A DNA stretch of 64,000 nucleotides, taken from sequence record OZ240615.1; one strand, written 5' to 3'. How positions within the stretch are numbered: the first letter of the stretch is position 1; every line of letters begins with the position of its first letter. The notes under the pieces are model-generated. The model had not been told where the DNA came from. It saw nothing but the letters and a program-made list of their open reading frames with translations, and searched no databases. This document shows, piece after piece, positions 20,923 through 31,610 of this stretch. Position numbers and translations under genes: made by a program.

Positions 20923-22464
20923 TTAACGGAATACAAAGAGCGTATTCAATTGAGTTGGGAGGAGGATGTATCTGTATTTGGGTGAATAGTAACGTCTGGC
21001 GGTGACTTCAAGATTTCGAGCAGCGTCAACGTAATCGAGTTTGCTGATTTTTCTACCGGGTTTCGCAGTAGGGTATTGATGTTTTTCGCCATATTTAGGA
21101 TCGAGTCCGTCTAATACCATTTTAAAATAATCTGGACGGCTTCTGAGCAGTTCTGCGGCGAAAGGCTGTAATACCATTAGCTGCGTAAATAAACTCACTC
21201 TGACGTGATACAGGCATCGTACGTCGAGATCCGCATCCGACCATATCGTAAGGTCTTCGTCTACTCGAATAGTACGTGGATCAAGAGGTCGATTATTCTC
21301 ATAGACTGCGATATGAACCCAGCTTCCTGATCTTCGTGGTAAGTAGTCTCGGGTTTCTTTCATGTACTCAATAAGGAGCGGATCAAACGCCATTTTAGGG
21401 AGATTGGTCAGTGTGAGTACTTTACGGGGGTTAGTCGTGTCTACTTGAATGAGGAACTGGGTAAGGTTCGCTGTATCTGCCGCAACCTGTGTTGGCATCC
21501 AATCATCGAAAGAAGGAACAATATTCCCTCGGTTCAAATTCTTGTAGAAATATTGATCCTGAAATAATTTACGATAACGAGTAGAGCTAATACTTCCTCG
21601 ACCAGTCAAAGGATCAGCGTCGTACCAGGAGGTTTGACTGCGGTGCGTCTTAGGGACGATCTGGTTATGAATAACCAATGGGTGACTCACCATAAACGCA
21701 ATCGGGCGGTCAAATCCAAAACGATAACTGAACTCGATTTCATAAGCAGTACCGTCGTCGAGTTTTTCTTCGATGGGCGGAGTATCAAATTCAAAGTTGC
21801 CAAGAATATCTAATTGGGTTTCTCTGAATACGAACTGCGGTTTCTCGCCCCCTTGGGTAACAAGAACCGACCCGTCAGCCATTAGTCCTTTATTAAACCA
21901 ATCAGCGAAAGTATCGCCGTACCCAGCCACCTTTTCACGCATTTTGTAAAACAAGTCGAAAAAGTCAAAAAGGGTATATGGCAGTACGTAATTAAAATCG
22001 GCATAAAACGACTGATCGATAAACTGGTTACGCATAATCTTGCGCATTCTGCTCTGCCAGTTTTTGGCTTCGTTTTTATCCTTTGTCCGGTAGGTGAACG
22101 TTAACCTTGCTTTCACTGGTTCACGAATCGTAGAGAGGTACGTGTTGATTGTCGGGTCAGCCCAAACGATATTATTGTCTGGGTAGTAAAAGGCAGTGGT
22201 CAAAATGTTCTCGGGCTCAGGCTCTTCTGAATAACCTACTTTCACTTTCCCGTAGAACCCAAACTTAGCGGTACTGGTGGGGTCAAATTCCTGTTGGTTT
22301 AAGGTCGTTCGCCAGGTAGGAATACCGTGTTCATCGCCGGCGTATTCAATAAAGGTATCGTCTGGCATCCCGGTTACGCCGATGATCGAGCGAATCACTG
22401 CCATGGTAATTGGACGGGTAATCATGACGTCAACGTCAGGTAATTCATAAGTAAAACGTGGCAT
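20923..22464 (-). CDS. Virion structural protein (phiKZ gp98-like, possible neck)
   Basis: 513 aa, AGAGGG RBS, synteny. Confidence 0.65.
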   Translation of the reverse strand: MPRFTYELPDVDVMITRPITMAVIRSIIGVTGMPDDTFIEYAGDEHGIPTWRTTLNQQEFDPTSTAKFGFYGKVKVGYSEEPEPENILTTAFYYPDNNIVWADPTINTYLSTIREPVKARLTFTYRTKDKNEAKNWQSRMRKIMRNQFIDQSFYADFNYVLPYTLFDFFDLFYKMREKVAGYGDTFADWFNKGLMADGSVLVTQGGEKPQFVFRETQLDILGNFEFDTPPIEEKLDDGTAYEIEFSYRFGFDRPIAFMVSHPLVIHNQIVPKTHRSQTSWYDADPLTGRGSISSTRYRKLFQDQYFYKNLNRGNIVPSFDDWMPTQVAADTANLTQFLIQVDTTNPRKVLTLTNLPKMAFDPLLIEYMKETRDYLPRRSGSWVHIAVYENNRPLDPRTIRVDEDLTIWSDADLDVRCLYHVRVSLFTQLMVLQPFAAELLRSRPDYFKMVLDGLDPKYGEKHQYPTAKPGRKISKLDYVDAARNLEVTARRYYSPKYRYILLPTQLNTLFVFR

Positions 22465-22492
22465 TATTGATCCCTCTGGGGCCCGAAAAAGT

Positions 22493-22525
22493 CATAGGAA
22501 TGCAGGGCCAGAAGCCCTGCATTCC
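22493..22525 (-). terminator. Hairpin plus adjacent TATG
   Basis: GGAATGCAGGGC/GCCCTGCATTCC at 22497-22525; TATG at 22496-22493. Confidence 0.75.
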
Positions 22526-22532
22526 CGGTGTT

Positions 22533-23456
22533 TTAGAGGTAAATACGACCTGCGACTTCCTTGCCTGGGACATAATCTTCACGACCAATCGTCAGGTCAT
22601 CCTGCGCGTTATGGTCACGGATCGCAGAGCGAATAATGTCTTCGAACTTCGAGGCTTGAGCTAACGAGACCCCCATAACCCGGCGACCATTATCAGCCAC
22701 ACTTATCACACCGTTTTCATCGAGGTACCCTTTGAGCGTATTAACGAACGCTGTCGTTGCCAAACGGTGAGCGTAAGGTGATTCCACAACCACTTCCAAG
22801 ATACTACCGCCGATTCGGCAAACAAGAATCCCAAGCTGTTGAATTTTGGGTTTGTTACTTGCAGCAGGGGTTACTTTTTCTGGTAGCGGTTGACGAGGTT
22901 TAACCTCTACCGGGAGCTCTGGAGTTGGTTGGTCTTCAGCCAGGGTAAAAACGGGTTCCTCTACTGGAGGGGTTGCAGTAACTTGTTTCGGTTCTGCTAC
23001 AGCGGACTCCGGGAAGTCCTCGCGCACCGAACGCAGAAATTGTTCGAACATTTCAAACATTACCTGACTTCCGGCGATATAATGAAGAACAAAGTCTACC
23101 GAGTTACGATCAACACACTGACAACTGAATGCTTGAGTGCCGTGTACACTGAAATTGTAATTATAAACCCCGTTATCCACAACAGTATCGCCGGCGAACT
23201 GATTGTTTTGAATTTTGAAAATACGGGGGTCGGGGGTTTTAATTGTATTGAACAATTTCTCGTAAAGTGTCGGGCCGGGGACTTTAAACTCGATCGCAAT
23301 CCCGGACGGTGTTACATTGAATAAATTATCACCGGCTTTGTCGATATTGATCAAATTACGAATAGGTTGTACACTGACGAGGAAGTCATCGATTGTACCC
23401 TCGTAAGAAAAAGATTGTTCGAATGGGGCAGCGATGTAATGAATAATGATGGCCAT
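22533..23456 (-). CDS. Hypothetical protein (MAIIIHY...)
   Basis: Start moved to the ATG at 23456 (AAGGA RBS), because the longer ORF crosses a terminator; 307 aa. Confidence 0.7.
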   Translation of the reverse strand: MAIIIHYIAAPFEQSFSYEGTIDDFLVSVQPIRNLINIDKAGDNLFNVTPSGIAIEFKVPGPTLYEKLFNTIKTPDPRIFKIQNNQFAGDTVVDNGVYNYNFSVHGTQAFSCQCVDRNSVDFVLHYIAGSQVMFEMFEQFLRSVREDFPESAVAEPKQVTATPPVEEPVFTLAEDQPTPELPVEVKPRQPLPEKVTPAASNKPKIQQLGILVCRIGGSILEVVVESPYAHRLATTAFVNTLKGYLDENGVISVADNGRRVMGVSLAQASKFEDIIRSAIRDHNAQDDLTIGREDYVPGKEVAGRIYL

Positions 23457-23512
23457 GTTTGATCCTTGGTTTATGGATGATTTCAAAGAAACCCACAAGA
23501 GAATCAAAAATA

Positions 23513-23538
23513 ACAGAGGGGCCCGAAGGCCCCTCTGT
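23513..23538 (-). terminator. Intrinsic terminator
   Basis: ACAGAGGGGCC/GGCCCCTCTGT with a T-rich tail on the minus strand. Confidence 0.8.
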
Positions 23539-24768
23539 CTATGCCTCAACTAATGACTCTTTACTGAGAGTTTGCAACGTACGAGAAACTTCCAGCAAAA
23601 GTCCGGAAACTTCGATCGCCGGACTCCTCGCCCACTTACTGTAGGCGGCAGGGTAATCAATCAGTGCACTAATATTTCCCTGACTTGTTTCTGGGCTATT
23701 AGCAAGGTCCGATTGTGCCTGACGAACGAAATGTCTGCACTGCTTTTCCAATGCAGAGAAAGGCTGGTCTTCTAAAAATGAAAGCAAGCGATTACCGGTA
23801 TCAATAATGCTGTCCTGAATCTCAATGATTTCATTTGGACGAAGGACAGAGAACTTCACCTCAGTAACCGTCGCTAAACGGTCATCTGGAATAAGCGAAA
23901 GTTTCACCCGTTGAAGATCACGCGCTTTTTCTCGTGCCGACGAACTCACGCCTACCTCACCTTCCTTCAGAAGACTGACACCGCCAAGCAAAGGATAAGG
24001 TTCCTTGTAGGTGGAGGCGGTCTTTTTCCATAAGTCAAGTGCTCGCGTATTCTGCGCATCGAGTAAAGTCAGGATGTCCTTATCAGTGCCTTGTGTTAAA
24101 TGCTCTACTGCGGCACCCCCTTCCTTTGCAACATCGACGCACCATCCATTCAGAATGCCTAACCCTTCCTGCTGGAATTGACCGTAAAACATCTTTAACG
24201 TATTGAAATCCGTTGCATGTTTACCGTTGTAGCAAAGGTGCTGAATAAACCGACCTGATTTCAATGTCAGTTTACGTTGGGCTTTGGTCGTGCCGATTTT
24301 TTCTTCGGCCAGACGACGTATCGTGCGAGAGACATTCAAGAGTCCTCTCACTCTGATTTTGAAATACGTCCAGTAGTCATTAATCTTTTCCCAGAGCTTC
24401 TCCAAAAGCCCAGCAGCCCCTTTAAGTAATTCACCAAGTAATTCCTTCAGGGACTCTAGTGCCGGAGTAGCCGTGATCATCGATTCGCTTGATGGCATTA
24501 CGGTTGAGTATTGAGCTCCTGTGCCTTCCGCCAGAGATTCCGTAAATGACAGGATAATTTCCAATTCTTCCGCGGTGATCTCTTCGGGGAGAATATGAAG
24601 TTTCCCTTCCTGTTCTTTTTCGTCGATGAACGATTGGCCCATTTTTTCACGGTCTCTCAGTTCGTCATATTCGTTGTCAATTTCCTGAATATCACGACGG
24701 GCGTTGACCATGTCCCTTGTTGCGTCAATCTCTTCTTCCAAAGAAGGGGTAACGTTTTCAATAGCCAT
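23539..24768 (-). CDS. Inner-head (ejected) protein, phiKZ gp93-97-like paralog family
   Basis: 409 aa; acidic propeptide ending PALE/SLKELL, followed by the amphipathic helix typical of the family. Confidence 0.75.
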   Translation of the reverse strand: MAIENVTPSLEEEIDATRDMVNARRDIQEIDNEYDELRDREKMGQSFIDEKEQEGKLHILPEEITAEELEIILSFTESLAEGTGAQYSTVMPSSESMITATPALESLKELLGELLKGAAGLLEKLWEKINDYWTYFKIRVRGLLNVSRTIRRLAEEKIGTTKAQRKLTLKSGRFIQHLCYNGKHATDFNTLKMFYGQFQQEGLGILNGWCVDVAKEGGAAVEHLTQGTDKDILTLLDAQNTRALDLWKKTASTYKEPYPLLGGVSLLKEGEVGVSSSAREKARDLQRVKLSLIPDDRLATVTEVKFSVLRPNEIIEIQDSIIDTGNRLLSFLEDQPFSALEKQCRHFVRQAQSDLANSPETSQGNISALIDYPAAYSKWARSPAIEVSGLLLEVSRTLQTLSKESLVEA

Positions 24769-24869
24769 ATTAGGTCCTTAGGCTGGCGCACCTAAGAGTA
24801 ATCCCGGAGAAACTACTTCTCGAGGACCCTTGTCGATAGATGCGGGAATATAACGAAGCGATGTGCGTA

Positions 24870-26324
24870 TTAATTAGGCTGATTAGGCTTGTTTGAATCA
24901 TTTTCAGTTTCTTCTTGTTTGTCGCCGGCTAAGCAGGCTTTACCATATTTTAACGCAGAACGGCTCGTTGTACCGAAGAAGCTAACAAGACTACTTGTCA
25001 CACCCGACGGCATACTGGCAACGGAAGAAACAATAGAACGCAGAGCAGATGCAATAGAACCACCAGATTCCACGTTCTCGTTAATGTTCATATTCGCGAT
25101 GTTCTGACCCGCTTGGTCGACTGCTCTGTCGATTTGACTTTTCAGATTACCCGAACCTTTCAGTTTCAGCATTGCATTAGCAACACTAATCGCACCATCG
25201 GCGATACGTGCAACGTCTGTTGGCGAACACCGTGGAACTTCTTTGTCTTCCACCTGATGATTACGCGAGTTCCAAAGTTTATTTTCCGTCGAAGTATCGA
25301 CAACTAAAATCTTGGAGAACTTATAGGCTTTAGACAAGGCCACTAAGCCCTGTACAGGGTTCTCTGACGGGTTAACGGTCACAACGACGGCTACGAGTCT
25401 GCCGTTACCTAAAAACGGCTCAGAAGCTTCTACAGACGCATTAATAGAATCGTCGCCTTTTAAGAGGATTTCCGTGACGTCCTCAGTCAATCTTTGATTC
25501 AATTCCCCCGCTATTGCGTCGGCCGGATGGGCAACTCCTTCTGATAGCGCTTGTAAGAGGCTATTGAAAGACCCCTCGCCACCTGGCTGATACTGTGCGA
25601 TAGCGCTAGCAACTCTCTCAGCGTTCTCATAAGTGTTCTCAATCGTCTTATTGAGCACCATATCTGCAATACGACCCAGACGATTCATTTCGTTAGCAAC
25701 GTTGGGCCAGCCATTATCGATCAACAATTTCCCTTTGTCAGAAAACTCGATATTACCGGACCCCGGTTGGGCGTTGGTGATTTCTTCTTTCAGCCGTTCG
25801 GCGAGTTCTTTTAATTGCTCAGCCCCATTGAATGCGTTGTCAAGCCAATGAGAAAAACGGGAGCGTGCGTCTTTTAAGAACGCCACAAATTTCTGCCACC
25901 ACTCACGGAGAACTTCTTTGATTCCTTCGAGTGCGACTTTGGACTCTTCCAATGAAATATGACTTTGAGATTCATTGGAGACCCGAGCGCGCACAATATC
26001 TATTCCGTCATTGAAACTGTAGATATTTAAAATCGCAGCGGCTTCAACAGAAAGACCTTTACCGGAATGAATCTCAGGAGCAATCGCGTCGTAAACTGCT
26101 TGGTATTTATTGGTTTGGTCTGTCAAACTATAGAGACCGGCAATATCCGCATCAACAGGATCCATCGCGGTATCAATTTCATCGCGGGGATCAATTTCTG
26201 AATCCTCGAAACCCAACGGTCGTTCATCAAAAGACTCTGGGGAGACGGTTACTTTCGGTTGAAGACTCTCAATGGCTACTGTGGGTTCGGGGCTACGTGC
26301 CAGTACCTTTTTAATCTTGCTCAT
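24870..26324 (-). CDS. Inner-head protein paralog
   Basis: 484 aa; AIE, SVE, SNE, SLE and ALE motifs; GLSVEAAAILNIY...VALE/GIKEVLREWW. Confidence 0.8.
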   Translation of the reverse strand: MSKIKKVLARSPEPTVAIESLQPKVTVSPESFDERPLGFEDSEIDPRDEIDTAMDPVDADIAGLYSLTDQTNKYQAVYDAIAPEIHSGKGLSVEAAAILNIYSFNDGIDIVRARVSNESQSHISLEESKVALEGIKEVLREWWQKFVAFLKDARSRFSHWLDNAFNGAEQLKELAERLKEEITNAQPGSGNIEFSDKGKLLIDNGWPNVANEMNRLGRIADMVLNKTIENTYENAERVASAIAQYQPGGEGSFNSLLQALSEGVAHPADAIAGELNQRLTEDVTEILLKGDDSINASVEASEPFLGNGRLVAVVVTVNPSENPVQGLVALSKAYKFSKILVVDTSTENKLWNSRNHQVEDKEVPRCSPTDVARIADGAISVANAMLKLKGSGNLKSQIDRAVDQAGQNIANMNINENVESGGSIASALRSIVSSVASMPSGVTSSLVSFFGTTSRSALKYGKACLAGDKQEETENDSNKPNQPN

Positions 26325-26362
26325 TTCGTTTCCTTTCTACTTAGAGGAACGGAGGAAAAAGT

Positions 26363-26399
26363 CATACAAACCTACCGCCCGTAGGGGGCGGTAGGTTTG
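26363..26399 (-). terminator. Hairpin plus adjacent TATG
   Basis: CAAACCTACCGCCC/GGGCGGTAGGTTTG; TATG at 26366-26363. Confidence 0.75.
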
Positions 26400-26415
26400 G
26401 AAGTATGATTAAAAA

Positions 26416-28860
26416 TTACGCCGCTTTAGCTTTGGCTGAGGCTTCAGCGTATTCAATGGCGCCTTTAACTACGCGCATAGCAAGAGTAGTGGAGGTTCCA
26501 ATGACTTCGATTGCAAAACGATTGGAAGCAATCAGCATTTTACGTACAGCTTCCAATTCCTGGCGATGGCCTGTATTCGAATTATCGCTTAAATTTCCAA
26601 TACGGATCATTTCGTCAAAAGAACTAGTGATCTTAGCGCTGTAACTGTCATCGAAGAATTTCGTATTGATTTCGCTTAAGATCGCTGCTGCTTCCATTGC
26701 GACACTGTGAATTTGTTGCCCGTTTAAAGAAGGTCCTTTAGTCACGGCCTCAAAGTCAAGTTTGTTCACTTTGAAAGTAGGCTGATGCCAAGCGCCTTCC
26801 CCGCCAGTGGCCCCGAATAAAAACTCTAATTGAACATCGCCAATGAGCTCAGGGGAAAGATAGCTAGGGAACCCTCCATTATTCTGGGCTTTGAAGTACC
26901 CTTCGCTAACGATACCTTTGAATGTTTGTTCCGCTTTCTCGTAAACGGCTGAAACATCCACTGATTTCTCTCCGTCTTTTACAAGAACGTCGAGTATATC
27001 AGTTTTCACCATTCCGATAACAGCGTTACTGGCGTCTGCCGCAGCATGGCGGAACTTAGCTATTTTTTTGTACTGGTTGGTGAAATCGCCTAATTCACGC
27101 GTCCAGTTAGAGGGGATTTTACCTTCTACTTGAATAGCTGGGAAAAAACCACCGGTAATTTCAACGCCGCCAGCGATGCCCATATCGACATCTTTAAGTG
27201 CAGCGGCGCGACGTTCCAGAATACCAACCTGATTAAAACGTTCGTGTAAAAACTCACGAATTTTAGCAATGCCTTTTTTAACCAGCTCCACCGCTTGACC
27301 AATCCAGTTTTTCATGTCTTCGCCGATAGATTCGAGCGCGAGACGAGTCTGGGTACGTGCGGTGAAATTATAGCTTTCCAGCGCGACGTCGGAGTTCAGC
27401 GGGTTACCATCACGTTTAGTGAAGATATTCAGAATCTGCATCGCTTCAACCGAAACGCCGCCGTTGTCCAGAGAATTCTGAAGAACTTCTGCAACCTGCG
27501 GATAGGTATCCAGTGCTTCTTCCAGAATAGATTCTTCGTCTTCGGTACCCGCCTGGAAATCCTCGATGATCAGATCGTCTGCCACAACGTCACCGTCGTC
27601 GGTTTCTGGGCTGAGATCTACCGGCGCATCCGCAACTGCTTCAACAACACCTTCGGTAGGTGCTTCACCAGCTGTTTCTTCAGGGGCGGCCACTGAAAGA
27701 TCTTCGGTTACTTCCGGAACAACGTCAACTGCCGCTTCTTCCGGTAAAGATTCCACTACCGGCTCAACAGCAGCATCGGCAGCCACCTCGCCTTCGCCCG
27801 GTTCTGCGCCAGTAACAACAGCAGCGGCTTCTTCCGGGGTGACTTCGGACGGGGCGTCAACGACTTGCTCTTCGACAACTTCCGCGTTCTCGGTAGAAAC
27901 AACTTCGCCGGTGTTCTGGTTGCTGCCGGTACCTTCATCGACAACTTCGGACTCTGACGGTAGTTCCGCTTCGCCTTTCCCTTCGGCAGCCGGTTTTTCT
28001 TGGGAAACTTCGATATCGGAATTACCCGCTTCGTCAGCAACCGGTTTCGTTTGCTCCGGTTTCACTTCTTCGCCTTTGCCGGAATCGACTTCTACCTGCT
28101 CAGAGGGGAGATGTTGCTCGCCCTGGCCGGTACCGCCTTCGTTTGGCGGATTAGTACCCGCGGATTCACACGCACAGTTTTCGACAGCCGGATCAACCGG
28201 GTCGGTTTCCGGTGTTTCTTCGCCCAGATTTTCAGCAACCACTTCATCGACATCGGAGATGGTTTCATCGTTGGTCGGCTCAGTGCCTTCTGGCGTAATA
28301 TCGGAGACTTCCACCGGAGCTTCTTCAATCTCGGTGAGTTCTTCAGTTGCTTCTGGAGTGACATCGTCTTCCGACGGCGCAACAGCTTCGATTTCTTCCG
28401 CTTCTGCAATGACTTCTTCCGGAGTCGTGTCGGCGCCTTCTGCGTTGTCAACCTCAGCAACCACTTCTGCGGCTTCTACCGGGTTACCTTCGGCAATCGC
28501 TTCGACTTGGTCGACAGTCGCTTCACCAGAGTCGGTCACCGGGACAATCTGCGGAGGTTCAACGGGTTCGATACCATCAACCGGAACTTCGTCTGCGGGA
28601 GTTTCTTCCACAACAGTTTCTTCTACCGGGACAACGTCCGCTGCGACTTCCCCTGCATCGACAGGGAGTTCTTCAGCCGGAGTTTCTTCCGGGTCAGTAG
28701 TTCCTTCTTCTACCACAGTGAGATCATCCTCAACTACAGGGACCTCTTCTGTCGGCTGTGCATCGATAACAGATTGATCGACGACTTCTTCCGTGTTCTC
28801 GCTTTCAAGCGCAGGGCGATTCTGGCGCCCGAGGACACGTTGAGTGTAAGATAATTTCAT
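26416..28860 (-). CDS. Inner-head protein paralog with about 440-aa acidic low-complexity propeptide
   Basis: 814 aa; GVSVEAMQILNIF...VALESY...LALE/SIGEDMKNW. Confidence 0.8.
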   Translation of the reverse strand: MKLSYTQRVLGRQNRPALESENTEEVVDQSVIDAQPTEEVPVVEDDLTVVEEGTTDPEETPAEELPVDAGEVAADVVPVEETVVEETPADEVPVDGIEPVEPPQIVPVTDSGEATVDQVEAIAEGNPVEAAEVVAEVDNAEGADTTPEEVIAEAEEIEAVAPSEDDVTPEATEELTEIEEAPVEVSDITPEGTEPTNDETISDVDEVVAENLGEETPETDPVDPAVENCACESAGTNPPNEGGTGQGEQHLPSEQVEVDSGKGEEVKPEQTKPVADEAGNSDIEVSQEKPAAEGKGEAELPSESEVVDEGTGSNQNTGEVVSTENAEVVEEQVVDAPSEVTPEEAAAVVTGAEPGEGEVAADAAVEPVVESLPEEAAVDVVPEVTEDLSVAAPEETAGEAPTEGVVEAVADAPVDLSPETDDGDVVADDLIIEDFQAGTEDEESILEEALDTYPQVAEVLQNSLDNGGVSVEAMQILNIFTKRDGNPLNSDVALESYNFTARTQTRLALESIGEDMKNWIGQAVELVKKGIAKIREFLHERFNQVGILERRAAALKDVDMGIAGGVEITGGFFPAIQVEGKIPSNWTRELGDFTNQYKKIAKFRHAAADASNAVIGMVKTDILDVLVKDGEKSVDVSAVYEKAEQTFKGIVSEGYFKAQNNGGFPSYLSPELIGDVQLEFLFGATGGEGAWHQPTFKVNKLDFEAVTKGPSLNGQQIHSVAMEAAAILSEINTKFFDDSYSAKITSSFDEMIRIGNLSDNSNTGHRQELEAVRKMLIASNRFAIEVIGTSTTLAMRVVKGAIEYAEASAKAKAA

Positions 28861-28885
28861 TTACTAATTCTCCTGGAGAGAGGGA

Positions 28886-29413
28886 TTATCGGCTACTGCC
28901 GGCAACGAGTGTGAGTTCGCCGAAGATGACATTGACTGTCGCCAAGAGGTCTTCAAAGCCGTTATCGTGCTTCAACCAATGATACATATAATCTTTTCCG
29001 TCAACGTTCAGCATCATTTTTAGTTTGGGCGCCGAACGACCGGAACGATATTTTGGCGTAGTCGCGAGTTCTCTTTCTGTTTGTAGACAATAGGCCCGGG
29101 GCACGATACCCATTCTGCGTCTTCCGGTATTAATGAAAGAAAGCGTATCTTCGAGAAACGCCCGCATGTGGGGAGTCAGCTTCGGATTGTCTTCCTGCGC
29201 CTGTAGCCATTCCGGGAAAAAACGGAACAGGTCCATCGCGCGGTTAATTAGTTTTCGACGGAACTCCCATGTGTTGGCCTCGCCTTTGGGGTCTGTGGTT
29301 GCGATTTGCCAATAGCGAGTGATCAGGTCATCGGCAACTGCTTCTGCTTTACTCCCCTCGTACAGAGGGGATCTGAAGCCGACGGGGGTGTACTGATAAG
29401 ACTGAATGTTCAT
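28886..29413 (-). CDS. Conserved hypothetical/virion protein
   Basis: 175-aa ORF in the head-protein operon. Confidence 0.65.
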   Translation of the reverse strand: MNIQSYQYTPVGFRSPLYEGSKAEAVADDLITRYWQIATTDPKGEANTWEFRRKLINRAMDLFRFFPEWLQAQEDNPKLTPHMRAFLEDTLSFINTGRRRMGIVPRAYCLQTERELATTPKYRSGRSAPKLKMMLNVDGKDYMYHWLKHDNGFEDLLATVNVIFGELTLVAGSSR

Positions 29414-29418
29414 CGGCG

Positions 29419-30324
29419 TTATACCCCGTAATCTCGTTCCATTTTGGAAATTTTGTAATTGAGGTCACGTAAACGTTGTTCCGTTACCGCGATGACTTTA
29501 TCCTGCGCCGCGTCGGCCTGTCCTTGTTTCGCGGCCAATAACTGCGCCATGCGGAGTTCGAGTGAACGACGTTCTTCTTTCGCGCGTTTGAAACTTTCCG
29601 CCTGATACTCTACGTAACGGGAACCGAAGAACCAAACGATATCAGAAACAACCGGAACAAACCCCATACGCAGAGGATCGACTTTCTGTTTTCCGACCAT
29701 CGCATTCACGTCGTCTTCTTTACCTGGATCGTAAACAATATCTGGTACGGATTCCAGAGTATTAAGAACCTGGCGCATTGGCTGAGCGAAGACTTTTGCG
29801 CAGCGGCAGAAGTTAATGAGGTGATCCTCTAACCATTTAACTTCGCCTTTGGTAAACGGCTCAACGGTAGCGCCGTACTCTTTACCCAGTTCCGGAATCT
29901 CTTTCCCGTAGGTGTAAAGGAGGACACGACGAGAATAGAGGGAAAAGAAGTTAATCAGACTGACGACTCGCATCAACGAAATTTTGTTGTACGTCAGTCC
30001 ATTCTTAACAATTGTCTCTGACTTGAAGGACTCTTCCAACGCGTTTTCCAGACCCGGCATTCCTTCCGCCAGATTAGAAATCACCATCGCTAATGAATTC
30101 ACAAAATTCGAACGCGCGCCAGTTTCCCGAAGATACAGGGCGTTAATCCGTTTTACTGCGGGCGATTTAAACGGGTTGTTGCCAATGAACAGCTTGGCTT
30201 CCGCTGCCGACTTAAACGGAGGAAGTGTTTCTTCAATGAGGCTTTTTCGGGCCAGCTCATATTCCTCAATGATTCGAGAACGCTCGAAATTGGGGACCAG
30301 GGAACTAAAGAATTGCTTTAACAT
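29419..30324 (-). CDS. Abundant head/inner-body protein (phiKZ gp90-like)
   Basis: 301 aa with C-terminal coiled coil; synteny. Confidence 0.65.
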   Translation of the reverse strand: MLKQFFSSLVPNFERSRIIEEYELARKSLIEETLPPFKSAAEAKLFIGNNPFKSPAVKRINALYLRETGARSNFVNSLAMVISNLAEGMPGLENALEESFKSETIVKNGLTYNKISLMRVVSLINFFSLYSRRVLLYTYGKEIPELGKEYGATVEPFTKGEVKWLEDHLINFCRCAKVFAQPMRQVLNTLESVPDIVYDPGKEDDVNAMVGKQKVDPLRMGFVPVVSDIVWFFGSRYVEYQAESFKRAKEERRSLELRMAQLLAAKQGQADAAQDKVIAVTEQRLRDLNYKISKMERDYGV

Positions 30325-30341
30325 GTTAATCCTCTCTCGTA

Positions 30342-31583
30342 TTAGAAAGTTGGCGCTTTCATGGATTTGTACATTTCAAAGATTTTCATCACATCGGGAC
30401 CGCTGTTTTTGGCTGCGTTTTTCATTGCATTCAGAGACAGCTCGGTAGAACCTTCGATACCGCGATGGAAAATCTCGACCTGTTCGTAGTTACGGTCAAC
30501 GACAACCAGTAACATAATCCCGGAATTCTGTTCCAGGACTTTGCGGCCAGCTAACGTAGAGAGTTTTATGTTCAGTTCACGTTCGAGGATGACCCGTTGT
30601 TCTTCGGTGATAACAACAATATTGGACGCGGAGGCAACCGAAGGTCGGCCGGAGATTAACCCTGCCAGTGTATTTTTGCGCTTCTGCTGAATCTGTTTCA
30701 GATACAGGCCGGTATCATCTTTAATGATATTTTTCCGGTGTTCGTCTAACAGGTCACGTACGCCAATCAGGTCAGCAAAGAACGTCAGTTTCTCTGCCTT
30801 AAATTCATACCAGCGCTCTTTAAGGTTACGGTTCTGTGCGCCGGCGGTTAAAAACAGGGTCATGCTGCGGGTAGGGACAGGAACGGTTTGCAGGCGGACA
30901 TTGACAGGGACCTTGATCTGATTCTCGTCCACGGCGATAGTCACTTCCAACATTTTCCCGACAGCCAGGTTACTGTTGTCGCGTAGCGCCTGCAACGTAT
31001 CTTTAGATACCAGTTCAGCAGAAACCGGTTTCCCGCCATTACGAGGTTTGTCACTCGCGGCGTCGGCGCCAACATTTGACATTGGATTGGGGTTATGACC
31101 AACACGCATCGCTTCTGTACTATGAGACGACCAGTTGATACTACCAACCTGATTACACTTAGCCAGTGTAGCCATACTCTCTAAGGACGGTAAGCCAAAT
31201 TTGACACCGTCTTCTTTCGCTACGGCGGAGATGACAGCGTCGGCTAAACTGTTTAACGGGTCACGTTTTGGATTAAAACGTTCTAAACGTTTCGTAACCG
31301 AGATACCTTTGATTTCAGCAGCCAGTGAAACAGCTTGCATGTAATAGCCGGAGAAGATATTCAGCACCGTTTGCATGATATCTTCCATATACGGTTCACG
31401 CCACAAATTCTGCTCGACTAATGTCAGCGGCTCGATACGAGTGGGCTGCGTATAATCAATGAGCGAATCTGCGGTAAAATCGCCTGCTCTGTTTTTTCTT
31501 GCCTCGTTGATCGCATTCGAACCTACCGCAGTCATTACTGCTGTCATGGTTGGGATGACGATACTTTCTACTGACAGTTTCAT
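30342..31583 (-). CDS. Abundant head/inner-body protein (phiKZ gp89-like)
   Basis: 413 aa; SVE/SLE/STE cleavage motifs; synteny. Confidence 0.7.
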   Translation of the reverse strand: MKLSVESIVIPTMTAVMTAVGSNAINEARKNRAGDFTADSLIDYTQPTRIEPLTLVEQNLWREPYMEDIMQTVLNIFSGYYMQAVSLAAEIKGISVTKRLERFNPKRDPLNSLADAVISAVAKEDGVKFGLPSLESMATLAKCNQVGSINWSSHSTEAMRVGHNPNPMSNVGADAASDKPRNGGKPVSAELVSKDTLQALRDNSNLAVGKMLEVTIAVDENQIKVPVNVRLQTVPVPTRSMTLFLTAGAQNRNLKERWYEFKAEKLTFFADLIGVRDLLDEHRKNIIKDDTGLYLKQIQQKRKNTLAGLISGRPSVASASNIVVITEEQRVILERELNIKLSTLAGRKVLEQNSGIMLLVVVDRNYEQVEIFHRGIEGSTELSLNAMKNAAKNSGPDVMKIFEMYKSMKAPTF

Positions 31584-31610
31584 CTAGTTTCCTCTGAGTT
31601 AAATAAAGGA

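Noticed and set aside
27295-28854. Long plus-strand ORFs (133, 403, 284 aa) over the acidic head-protein gene
   Set aside because: Ser/Thr- and Phe-rich antisense translations of a low-complexity region.
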